Assembly: GCA_963977015.1 (NCBI GenBank)
Contig: CAXBMO010000003.1
Coordinates: forward strand, 64,001 to 128,000
Reading direction: 5' to 3'
DNA: 64,000 nt
Source of the DNA: an uncultured bacterium
Lineage (GTDB): Bacteria > Verrucomicrobiota > Verrucomicrobiia > Verrucomicrobiales > DEV007
This document shows, one piece after another, positions 40,812-49,593 of this stretch (positions are counted from its first letter, which is position 1; each line of letters opens with the position of its first letter). Both the position numbers and the translations under genes were made by a program. Under the pieces are notes generated by a model. It was not told the DNA's origin, searched no databases, and saw only the letters and a list, made by a program, of their open reading frames with translations.

Positions 40812-41990
40812 GTGGATGCGAAACTCCAGATCATCGGTCAAGAATGGAAAGCGAGAAGCCACGAACTCGCGGATTGGGCCCTTGCCTGCTTGGTGAATCG
40901 GTTTGATGTCTGGGGGCAATACACCGGGAAGAGCGGTGCCAACAAAGCGATCACACTTCCGCAAAAAGCCATGCGCGATGGTCGCGACATGGTCACGACG
41001 GAGAAGCTCAAACGGCACTTCGGAAGCATGCGGCGTAATCATCTCATTGGACTTCATTCCCAGAGCGCAGACGAAACGTGTAAATGGCTGGCGATCGACA
41101 TCGATCTTCACGAATGTGAGCCTTCGGTGATGGAGGAGTCCGCTTCGCGAAACTTCGCGGCTGCGCGAGGGTGGTGGGAGGCGTTGGTTGCCAGGGGCTT
41201 TGATCCTCTGCTGTTGGATTCCAATGGAGGTGGCGGCTATCATCTTTGGCTGCTTCTGGAGGAGCCGACTCCGATGCAAAGCGCGTATGTTTTTGCCCAG
41301 GAATTGGTGGCGGACTGGCAGAGCAGAAACTTGGACGCTTGTCCGGAAACCTTCCCCAAATCACCGCGACTCGGGCATGACAAAATGGGGGCCTGGCTGC
41401 GTCTTCCAGGGTTACATCACAGTCATAACCATTACTCCCGCGTTTGGAGTGGGGACGAGTGGCTGGAAGATCCATGGCTGGATGGGAACGAAGCCATCGG
41501 GGTGATTCTTGAAACCAATCCGGGAATCATCCCTATCATCGAGAACGTGGCTCAAGCCTGCAAAGGTTCACCTGGCAGAAAACGGACTGCCCCGGCCACG
41601 AAATCCAGAAAGCGCCCACGAATCTGTGTGGATCTGGACGGCGTGCTCGCCACCTACGATGGCTGGAAAGGGGCGCGTCACTTTGGGAAGCCAATTGAAG
41701 GTTCGGTAGAGTTTACCGAAGAGTTGGCGGAGTGGGCTGATGTCGTGGTTTTCAGCTCAAGATGCCACCGGGCCGACAATCAATACTCCATTGAAGAGCG
41801 GGTTTCGTTTGTCCGCAATTGGCTCGACGAGCATGGCTTCGCCTATCATGAGATCTACTCAGGGCAGGGAAAACCATTTGCCACCGCCTACATTGATGAC
41901 CGGGGGGTAAGCTGTCAGCCGCAACACCGGGGCCCCGTTGCCTTTCAGGACGCCATCGCAGCTGCAAAAGCGCTCCACGAGAGGCCGTAG
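40812..41990 (+). CDS. AEP primase-polymerase (TOTE-type) domain fused to HAD-superfamily phosphatase domain
   Basis: N-half: NRFDVWGQY, CKWLAIDIDLH, DSNGGGGYHLW, ETFPK, GAWLRLPG. C-half: ICVDLDGVLA, VFSSR, GKP, YIDDRG. Confidence 0.75.
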   Translation: MDAKLQIIGQEWKARSHELADWALACLVNRFDVWGQYTGKSGANKAITLPQKAMRDGRDMVTTEKLKRHFGSMRRNHLIGLHSQSADETCKWLAIDIDLHECEPSVMEESASRNFAAARGWWEALVARGFDPLLLDSNGGGGYHLWLLLEEPTPMQSAYVFAQELVADWQSRNLDACPETFPKSPRLGHDKMGAWLRLPGLHHSHNHYSRVWSGDEWLEDPWLDGNEAIGVILETNPGIIPIIENVAQACKGSPGRKRTAPATKSRKRPRICVDLDGVLATYDGWKGARHFGKPIEGSVEFTEELAEWADVVVFSSRCHRADNQYSIEERVSFVRNWLDEHGFAYHEIYSGQGKPFATAYIDDRGVSCQPQHRGPVAFQDAIAAAKALHERP

Positions 41991-42010
41991 AGCGAACGTA
42001 TGCGGACCGC

Positions 42011-42607
42011 TTAGTTCTTCATCTCGTAAACCCGGGTCCGCACACACTCCAACATGGGAGGCAAGTCTTTGCGCAGGCTTCGTTGAACGAGTGGGGCGGG
42101 GATCAATTTACCCGGATTAAGGTAAACTTGATAGAAAACGATGACCGAGTCAGGGCGACCATAGGTCTCACCTTCGTAAAGTTCCCATTCGCCCTCAAAA
42201 TTACTCAAATCGCCGGTCGTTTGTTTAAACTGAATGGTTCGCATCGGCAATTCAGTGGCCTCAAATTGATAATTCACCTTTGGCATCAACGGCATCTTAA
42301 CCTCATGAGCGATCAGGCGCGTATTGCCGGTCGCCAGCAGAATGCGGGCTGATTTCAGGGATGGAACGTAGCTGGGGGCCGACTCGGGATCGCTGAGAAC
42401 CCTCCACACATCAGCCTTCTCTCCGTCGATCAGGATCGCCACACCAGCATGTCCCCGAGCTTTCTTTCTCTCAAAAAAGACAGCTTCGCCCTGATCCAGT
42501 CGTTCAAGGATGTCCTTGGTGAATTCGGGCTCAAGTGGCTTCGGGGAATCAGCGAACAAGCTCCCCGAAAAACAGAGAAGAAGAAGGAAGAGAAGACGGT
42601 TGGGCAT
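42011..42607 (-). CDS. secreted SRPBCC/START (polyketide cyclase-like) protein
   Basis: Signal peptide, VWRVLSDPE...YVPSLKSA, GDLSNFEGEWEL, and a C-terminal helix. Confidence 0.8.
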   Translation of the reverse strand: MPNRLLFLLLLCFSGSLFADSPKPLEPEFTKDILERLDQGEAVFFERKKARGHAGVAILIDGEKADVWRVLSDPESAPSYVPSLKSARILLATGNTRLIAHEVKMPLMPKVNYQFEATELPMRTIQFKQTTGDLSNFEGEWELYEGETYGRPDSVIVFYQVYLNPGKLIPAPLVQRSLRKDLPPMLECVRTRVYEMKN

Positions 42608-42744
42608 CTGTGAGGGGAGTGGGTTGAAGAGGGTAAGCCTAAAAAGGGGGGATCTCAGTTCGAGACGCTTTTAGAGCCTGTGCCAAGAATAGGCAAGATT
42701 AAAATTTAGACTAGATGAAACATTTTGGTCATTTAATGGGTTTT

Positions 42745-43623
42745 TTAGACTTCTGATAGATTCAGCCATTCGATCGATTGTTGAGCTTGCCGGCCATAGA
42801 TACCACCGAAGAGGTAGAAGTGATTGAGTTCGTGATAGAGGTTATAGAGGCGCTTTCGCGTCGAATATCCGGGCGGGACGGGCCATTCGGATTGGTAAGC
42901 TTCATAGAACTTCGAATCCATCCTTCCAAACATTTCAGTGAAGGCCAGATCCACCTCACGATCCCCATAATAGGTGGCCGGATCAAAAATCGTCGGGCGT
43001 CCGTCTGCCAGGAACGAAACGTTTCCACCCCACAGGTCCCCATGAAGCAGGGACGGAGCTGGCCGGTGATTGAGAATGTCCGGAACTTTCTCCAGAAGCT
43101 TGTCGACCCCATCCAAGCGGAGACCTTTCTTCGAACAGAGCCGGATCTGATGCAGAAGCCGATGTTCCAGAAAGAACGATGTCCAGTCCGTGGTCCAAGG
43201 ATTGGGCTGAGGGGTTTCCCCGATCACATTGTCACCATCCCAGCCAAAATTCTCATTCGGTGAGGTTGCCCGATGCAACTTGGCCAGTTGTTCGCCAAGT
43301 GCAGCCCAATTGCCCTGCGCGCAGAGATCCAGCCATTCCAAAACCAGGAATGCTTTGCCCTCGGCGTGTCCGAGAAAAATGGGGCGTGGAATTCGAATCG
43401 TATTCGTGGCCGCCAATTGCGCCAAAGCCTCAGCCTCCGCTTCGAAGATCTTTAAGAAGCGTTCGTCGTTTGTTTTTACGAAATAGCCTCCCTCACCATT
43501 GCCCAAATGCCATCCCTGGTTGATGCAACCACCGCTGACGGACCGAGGCGGGTTGGCTGCAGGCGCGGCCCCGGTTGTCTCACGAATGGTGGCGAGAATC
43601 TGCTGAAGAAGGCGATCCGTCAT
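42745..43623 (-). CDS. fructosamine kinase family protein
   Basis: VSGGCIN, YFVKTN, FGWDGDNVIG.TPQPN, LLHGDLWGGN, FDPATYYGDREVDLA. Confidence 0.93.
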   Translation of the reverse strand: MTDRLLQQILATIRETTGAAPAANPPRSVSGGCINQGWHLGNGEGGYFVKTNDERFLKIFEAEAEALAQLAATNTIRIPRPIFLGHAEGKAFLVLEWLDLCAQGNWAALGEQLAKLHRATSPNENFGWDGDNVIGETPQPNPWTTDWTSFFLEHRLLHQIRLCSKKGLRLDGVDKLLEKVPDILNHRPAPSLLHGDLWGGNVSFLADGRPTIFDPATYYGDREVDLAFTEMFGRMDSKFYEAYQSEWPVPPGYSTRKRLYNLYHELNHFYLFGGIYGRQAQQSIEWLNLSEV

Positions 43624-43707
43624 CAAGGACAGCTTCAGACCATTGATAGCAAAAGGCAAAAAGCGGTCGCCAACTCGCTCGTCTTTGTTAACACTGCGCG
43701 AAGATAC

Positions 43708-45111
43708 ATGACGAACATTCGATCTACCGAAAAGCAGCATTTCTACTTCATGGGAATTTGTGGAACCGCGATGGGGGCTGTGGCCGCTGCGTTGAAGGAC
43801 TTGGGCCATCACGTGACGGGATGCGATTCGAATGTTTACCCACCCATGTCGACGTTTTTGGAGAGCAAGGGAATCGACATCGTCCAGGGGTTTGACGCAG
43901 CGAACGTTCCCAAGGATGCGGACGTCATTGTGATCGGAAACGCGATGAGTCGAGGAAATCCGGAAGTCGAAGCGACGTTGAGCCTCAGGCTGCGCTATTC
44001 ATCCCTGCCAGAGGTGATGAAGGATTACTTTCTGCGTGGGAAACGGAACCTGGTTGTCTCGGGAACCCATGGCAAGACGACCACCAGTTCCATCCTGGCG
44101 TGGCTGCTGGAGTCGGCCGAGAAGAATCCCAATTTTATGATCGGGGGCATTCCCGGGAATTTTGGGAAGGGCTCGCGAATGGATGGGGAAACCGACTTCA
44201 ACGTGATTGAAGGCGATGAATATGACACCGCCTTTTTCGACAAGCGCTCGAAGTTCATTCATTACCTCCCTGAAATTGCGGTGATCAACAACATTGAGTT
44301 TGATCACGCCGACATTTTTGATGACCTGGACGCGATCAAATTGACGTTCCGCCGAATGATCAACGTCGTGCCCGGGAATGGAACGATTGTCATCAATGGG
44401 GATGACCGGAACTGTCTCGAAGTTGTTGAAGGGGCATTTTCACCCGTGCTCAAGGTCGGATTTGACGAGCGCAATGATCAGCGAATTACCGCGGTGGAAT
44501 ATCTCGCGGAGACGTCGTCCTTTACCCTGGATGGGGAGCAGTTCGAGATTCCCATGGTTGGAGAGTTCAATGTAAGGAACGCGGCGATGGCAGCGACGGC
44601 GGCGAAATGCGTGGGTTTGGACGCAGAACAAATCCGACAAGGGCTGAAGACGTTTGCCGGAATTGCGCGTCGCCAGCAACTCCGTGGTGAAACCTCGCGG
44701 GGCATCAAAGTCATTGACGATTTTGGACATCATCCGACCGCAATGCGTCAAGCTCTCGCCGCGATTCGCACTCGTTACCCGAACCAACGGCTTTGGGCAA
44801 TCTTCGAGCCTCGATCGAACACCACCCGCCGCCGGGTCTTTCAGGAAGAACTGCCCAAAGCGTTGGGAGCCGCGGACGGAGTTTGCATCGCATCGATTCC
44901 CAATGCCGAAAAGTTTCCGGAGAATGATCGGTTGGACCCGGATTTGATCGTTGCCCGCCTAAACGGTGAAGGAAAGCGTGCCTTTCACGAAAAGGACAGC
45001 GACGCGATCGTGGAACGACTCAAGGAGGAGGCGAAGGATCATGACGTGATCCTGGTTTTCAGCAATGGCGGGTTTGGCGGCATTCACGACAAACTGTTGC
45101 AGGCTCTGTAA
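43708..45111 (+). CDS. mpl: UDP-N-acetylmuramate:L-Ala-gamma-D-Glu-meso-DAP ligase
   Basis: GICGTAMG, GTHGKTTTS, EGDEYDTAFFDKRSKF, DDFGHHPT, FEPRSNT, SNGGFGGIH. Confidence 0.93.
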   Translation: MTNIRSTEKQHFYFMGICGTAMGAVAAALKDLGHHVTGCDSNVYPPMSTFLESKGIDIVQGFDAANVPKDADVIVIGNAMSRGNPEVEATLSLRLRYSSLPEVMKDYFLRGKRNLVVSGTHGKTTTSSILAWLLESAEKNPNFMIGGIPGNFGKGSRMDGETDFNVIEGDEYDTAFFDKRSKFIHYLPEIAVINNIEFDHADIFDDLDAIKLTFRRMINVVPGNGTIVINGDDRNCLEVVEGAFSPVLKVGFDERNDQRITAVEYLAETSSFTLDGEQFEIPMVGEFNVRNAAMAATAAKCVGLDAEQIRQGLKTFAGIARRQQLRGETSRGIKVIDDFGHHPTAMRQALAAIRTRYPNQRLWAIFEPRSNTTRRRVFQEELPKALGAADGVCIASIPNAEKFPENDRLDPDLIVARLNGEGKRAFHEKDSDAIVERLKEEAKDHDVILVFSNGGFGGIHDKLLQAL

Positions 45112-45114
45112 GGG

Positions 45115-47727
45115 CTAATTGGCTGCTTCTTCCTGTTTTTCCATCTTCTCCAACGATTTGCGAATCGAATCGAGATCTTTGCGAAGATCCAAAACTTCCT
45201 TTCGCAGATCTTTCAGCTCCTGAGTTTGTTTCTTGTTTGCGGAGAGACTTTCGATGGCCTTGTCGGCCGCTTTGGAGAGGGAAATTCGCGGACCGGAATC
45301 ACTCTGCAAACTTTCGAGGATCGAAACCGAGCGAGGATCCCCGAGCTTCTGGAGGGCCCGGACGGCTGGGATGTGCAATTGCTCGCGTGGATCGGAAAGA
45401 AACCCGGCCAGAAATTTGCGAATTTCATCACGAGGATCGGCTTCCAGGTTTCGCCCCAAAAACCCGAGCGTTTGGAGCGCGTTGCCAAGATCGCGATCCA
45501 CAAATTCCGAACGATTCGCGTTCAGGTATGCCATTAAGGCGAAAGCGGAAGAAGGCTCGTCCTGAGTGCGCAGGGCGGAAATGGCAGAGGCCGCAATACG
45601 GTTGCGAAACGACGAGCGATTGAGCGCTGCAAGGAGGATGTCACCGACATCTTCGCCCGGAAACTTGGCGATTCCCTTGATCGCCGCGGCGGTGATGGCC
45701 GGATTCCTCTCTTTCGCAATTACCTCGGAGAGCCATTCCTGACTCGAAGCGCGGTAATAGCGCGAGACCGCTTCCACCACGGCAAGGCGCACCCGCGCAT
45801 CCGCTTGTGCCTCAGACTCGAGCAATAGCGTCAACGCCTCGTCCGTTTGAAGGTTGCCGAGCGCTTTGGCGGCCTCGGCGCGAACCGCGAAAAAGGAATC
45901 GCTCACCAGCTTCGCTCCGAGAAGTTCCCGCGCGGCGGAGTCCTTGCGTTTCGCCAATGCCTGAACCGCGAACAAGCGGCCCATCACATCGTCTTCCAGA
46001 TTTGCCTGCGCTTCCGTCAAAGGGTTGGGAAGTTTGATACTGATGTCGGCCAGCACCGTATAATCCGGATCAATCCTCACGGCCGAAGGTGCCTCCGGTA
46101 GCGCAAAATAGAACTCCTCTTCCTTGGTGGAGATGTCGACAACAAAGTCCTTCACCGTTTCTGCAAGGTGAAACCGAATGGGCAGGGGAAATTGGAACAT
46201 CAGCACCCGCACGTTGACCGCCTGCGTTTGACTGACTTTGATCCGCGCCTGCTTCTTATTGGCGTCCCAGGAATACTGAACATCCAGTTTTGGCACGCCA
46301 CCGTGATAGACCCATTGGTCGAAAAATCGATCGAATGAACGGCCCGAAACGTCCTCAATCGCCGCGTTGAGATCTTCGGTTACGACGACATCGTATTCGT
46401 GGCGTTCCAGATAAGTTTTGATTGCCTTTCGATAGAGCTCTGGTCCCAACTGACTTCTGAGCATATGAAGAACCCAGGCGCCCTTGGGGTAGGCGCGATA
46501 ATCAAATTGCTCCCATGGACGGTCGTAGTTTCTCCAGGCGATTGGCTTGTCGTCCTTGGATTCGATCACGCGCCTCGCATTGCGATGCATGCGGTAAAGC
46601 AAGTGCTCCCTCCCGAACGTGTGTTCTTCGTAGAGTTCGGTGTAGTAGGTCGCAAATCCTTCGTTCAACCAAAGATGGGTCCAATCCTTGCAGGTAACGA
46701 GGTCTCCGAACCATTGATGGGCAACTTCGTGGGCATCGAGATGACGGGTCGTCTCCAAATTCTCGGTCTCTTTGGAAAATAGAGTCCGAGTCGTCAGAGT
46801 GGTGACGCTGGTATTTTCCATCCCCCCATAGGGATAGCCCTGAACGCAGACATTGTAATACTTGTCCCAAGGGTAGGGGACTCCGATTTCCTGTTCGAAG
46901 AACTCCAGGATCTTTTTCGTATCGACGAACGAGTTTGCCGCTTCCGGAAAGTCGGATGGAGGCGTGAAAAATCCGATGGGCAAATCTTTGTGGGCGTCCT
47001 CGAGCTTTTCAAAGTAGCCGGCGACCACCGACACGAGATAGTTCACGTGCGGTTTGGATTGCAGCCAATGATAGGAGGTCAAATTGCCATCGGTTTCTTG
47101 CGCCATCAATTTGCCGTTCGAAAGCACCGTCATCCCGGCAGGCACGTGGCAAATCACCTCCGTGGAAAAACGTTCGTTCGGATAGTCATAACTGGGAAAC
47201 CAAAACCGGTGCCGTTCAGGTTCGCCCTGGGTCCACAGATGGGTGTCACCCTTTTTGTATCCCATTTCGGGTGTCCGGAAAAAGAGTCCGTCCTGAGGTT
47301 CGGCGGAATAGGCGATCGTCAGGGTGACGTCTTCCCCCGCTTCAATCTCGTCCGCGAACAGGAAAACCAGTTTCTCGGTGGTGACGTGGTAACTCTCCAA
47401 CTCCCGGCTGGATTCCACCGAAGCGATTCGCAGATCGACAGCGTCGAGTTGGACTTCACTTTGCGGGCTGGCGATCGGGCTGAAGCGAATTTCGGCCGTT
47501 CCACTGATGCTGCGCTTCTTGAAGTCCGGCGTAAAATCCAGCTTGAGGTGCTTGATATCGATCTTTCGGTCCGGCGAATATTTCCGGGAATTGGAGGATT
47601 CGCTCTCCGGACCGGCCAACGCATTGCGCTTGGACGCGCACCATTCCCATCCGAGCGAAAACTCGCTCGCTTGAAGTGTTGAGGCCAACGCCCAGAGGAA
47701 AGCGAGGAGAGTGGCTTTCGAGATCAT
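45115..47727 (-). CDS. secreted M1 family aminopeptidase with HEAT repeats and C-terminal coiled coil
   Basis: Signal peptide, GGMEN, HEVAHQWFGD...NEGFA zinc motif, YPKGAWVLHMLR, HEAT-like helical repeats. Confidence 0.92.
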   Translation of the reverse strand: MISKATLLAFLWALASTLQASEFSLGWEWCASKRNALAGPESESSNSRKYSPDRKIDIKHLKLDFTPDFKKRSISGTAEIRFSPIASPQSEVQLDAVDLRIASVESSRELESYHVTTEKLVFLFADEIEAGEDVTLTIAYSAEPQDGLFFRTPEMGYKKGDTHLWTQGEPERHRFWFPSYDYPNERFSTEVICHVPAGMTVLSNGKLMAQETDGNLTSYHWLQSKPHVNYLVSVVAGYFEKLEDAHKDLPIGFFTPPSDFPEAANSFVDTKKILEFFEQEIGVPYPWDKYYNVCVQGYPYGGMENTSVTTLTTRTLFSKETENLETTRHLDAHEVAHQWFGDLVTCKDWTHLWLNEGFATYYTELYEEHTFGREHLLYRMHRNARRVIESKDDKPIAWRNYDRPWEQFDYRAYPKGAWVLHMLRSQLGPELYRKAIKTYLERHEYDVVVTEDLNAAIEDVSGRSFDRFFDQWVYHGGVPKLDVQYSWDANKKQARIKVSQTQAVNVRVLMFQFPLPIRFHLAETVKDFVVDISTKEEEFYFALPEAPSAVRIDPDYTVLADISIKLPNPLTEAQANLEDDVMGRLFAVQALAKRKDSAARELLGAKLVSDSFFAVRAEAAKALGNLQTDEALTLLLESEAQADARVRLAVVEAVSRYYRASSQEWLSEVIAKERNPAITAAAIKGIAKFPGEDVGDILLAALNRSSFRNRIAASAISALRTQDEPSSAFALMAYLNANRSEFVDRDLGNALQTLGFLGRNLEADPRDEIRKFLAGFLSDPREQLHIPAVRALQKLGDPRSVSILESLQSDSGPRISLSKAADKAIESLSANKKQTQELKDLRKEVLDLRKDLDSIRKSLEKMEKQEEAAN

Positions 47728-48473
47728 CGGGTCGGGGAATAGTCCGTTGGCATCAGCAAGGTGGAAGTGACTCCGCCTTTGATCAGAAGTTTTCCGTCCT
47801 TCTCGGAATTCTTTCGCGCCTCCTGCCATGCCGGATCCGCTCCAAAGGCCTTAAAGGAAGCATTCCGTGCTTCTTCATTTTTGTGGGAGACAAAATAGAT
47901 CAGCATCAGCTCGTCCTTGTCCTGCTCTTTCGCCAAGTGCGAGTAGAGGTGATTCACGATCCCGTGTTTGGCAAATAGCGAGATGGTGTGATCGCGAAAC
48001 CGGGCATCGAGATTTTTCAGTTTTCCCGGATTCGTCTCATACTCGCGCAATTCGAACAGTCTGGCGGGATCCTGCTGGCCGATGTCGAAGCCAAGTGAGT
48101 AGTCGGTCGCGATGAGGAAGCGCTTCTCGACCTTTCCAACCAGTTTTCCTTCGGCAACCGAAGCCTGATACGCGGCCTTCCAATCCGGATCATTGAGGAA
48201 TCCGTTCCAAGCTGCTTTGCGGGCCTCCATGTCGGGATAGGACAGGAGGTAAACCAATTTGTTGTCGGGATTCTCGGTGGGAACCCAGTAGCCGACATTC
48301 GTCATCCCGTGCTTTTCAAAGAGGGCAACCGTGTGATCGCGGAATCGCGAATGCAGGTCTTCCAGCTTTCCTGGATTGGCGTAGTAGACGCGCAGTTCGT
48401 AGAGGCGGGAGTCTTCGGCTTGAATCGAAACGGCCAGAAACAGAAAGAGACAGAACGCGAAAAGGGGTTTCAT
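47724..48473 (-). CDS. secreted protein with two NIPSNAP domains
   Basis: Signal peptide and two repeats of (L)ELR.Y...PGKL..L..RFRDHT..LF.KHG ending TDYS. Confidence 0.9.
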   Translation of the reverse strand: MKPLFAFCLFLFLAVSIQAEDSRLYELRVYYANPGKLEDLHSRFRDHTVALFEKHGMTNVGYWVPTENPDNKLVYLLSYPDMEARKAAWNGFLNDPDWKAAYQASVAEGKLVGKVEKRFLIATDYSLGFDIGQQDPARLFELREYETNPGKLKNLDARFRDHTISLFAKHGIVNHLYSHLAKEQDKDELMLIYFVSHKNEEARNASFKAFGADPAWQEARKNSEKDGKLLIKGGVTSTLLMPTDYSPTR

Positions 48474-48515
48474 GGAAGGATCAAAGCGTGCTTTGCCCAT
48501 CAAGCCAGAAAAACC

Positions 48516-49133
48516 TTATCGATAGCGCATCAATCCCTGGACAATCTCCTCGGCCAGAATCTGACGATACCAGGGAGCGGCGCAGCGTTGGCATTCCCAT
48601 CGATTGCTGAGAAACCCGCCCTCAATCAAAATCGAGGTGCACTTCGTATCCCGGAGCACTTTCAGGTTTTCCCGTTTCACCCCTCGGTTTTTTGTATTCA
48701 GTCTCCGGGTAAGCTCGTTCTGGACCATGTAACCGAGTTTCTCTCCTTCCGCGCTCATATGGAAAACCTCAATCCCGGTAATATCGTTCTTCGACACTGC
48801 ATTGAAATGGAGCGAGACAAAAATCGCATTGGTTTCCTTGTTCGCGAGAGCCGCCCGCGCACTCAACTCCGGATAGACATCCGTCTCACGCGTCATGACC
48901 ACCCGGATTCCCTTTTCTTCGAGAATGGTTCGCATGCGCTTGCCCAAATCGAGCGCGAGATCCTTTTCCTTGATCCCATACCAGTAGGATCCCGCATCGA
49001 GACCGCCGTGACCGGGATCCAAAACGACGGTGTCGAACCCCCTCGCAAACTGCGTCGCGAGGAAGAAAAAGCCGAAAATCCAAAGTGATCCTCTCACAGG
49101 GGCGATCCTAGTTCTGCAACGTTCCCGGCGCAA
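48516..49133 (-). CDS. N-acetylmuramoyl-L-alanine amidase (Amidase_3)
   Basis: VVLDPGHGG.D.G, EKD, MTRETD, FVSLHFNA, ILIEGGFLSN. Start uncertain. Confidence 0.92.
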   Translation of the reverse strand: MRRERCRTRIAPVRGSLWIFGFFFLATQFARGFDTVVLDPGHGGLDAGSYWYGIKEKDLALDLGKRMRTILEEKGIRVVMTRETDVYPELSARAALANKETNAIFVSLHFNAVSKNDITGIEVFHMSAEGEKLGYMVQNELTRRLNTKNRGVKRENLKVLRDTKCTSILIEGGFLSNRWECQRCAAPWYRQILAEEIVQGLMRYR

Positions 49134-49136
49134 GTC

Positions 49137-49361
49137 TCACTGATTTTGGAATCCGGCGCCCATGTATTGCTGATGCTTGGTGACCGGTTTGTCGTCTTGT
49201 TGAAAAGCCGGGCCGGGGTCTACGTCAAAGCCGCCAAATAATGTCGTGCCGCCTTCATCGGAGGGAGAAACACTCTGACATCCGGGCAAAAACGGCAGGA
49301 GGAAAAGTAGGGCAGCAAACTTTAAACGCATAACAAAGCCATTCTCATCGCGGGTTCTCAT
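49137..49361 (-). CDS. small hypothetical lipoprotein
   Basis: MRLKFAALLFLLPFLPGC lipobox. Start is either 49361 (ATGA overlap) or 49331. Packed between co-oriented genes. Confidence 0.6.
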   Translation of the reverse strand: MRTRDENGFVMRLKFAALLFLLPFLPGCQSVSPSDEGGTTLFGGFDVDPGPAFQQDDKPVTKHQQYMGAGFQNQ

Positions 49362-49540
49362 TCGTCAAGACTCCGCGCATCAGGCACCACTTCGTCCTCA
49401 TCGAGCCAAAAGCTCACCACCATCGGGCGGCAACAGATCTCGCAATCATAGTCCACTTCGGCGGGAACTTCAGTCCGGCCTGGTAGCGGGACGTCGAAAT
49501 TCTCAAAACAAGTTGGGCAGGTAACCGGAGCCATTTCCAT
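49358..49540 (-). CDS. CPXCG-motif cysteine-rich small protein
   Basis: VTCPTCFE...DYDCEICCRP matches the CPXCG-family pattern. Confidence 0.8.
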   Translation of the reverse strand: MEMAPVTCPTCFENFDVPLPGRTEVPAEVDYDCEICCRPMVVSFWLDEDEVVPDARSLDE

Positions 49541-49593
49541 GGAGTAACTGAAACTCTGCGTGCATCTTGGTTCAATCTGGATTTCTTCCCGCC

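Noticed and set aside
43507-43812. Mutually overlapping N-terminal extensions of mpl and fructosamine kinase
   Set aside because: These are longest-ORF artefacts. Starts at 43708 and 43623 remove the overlap.
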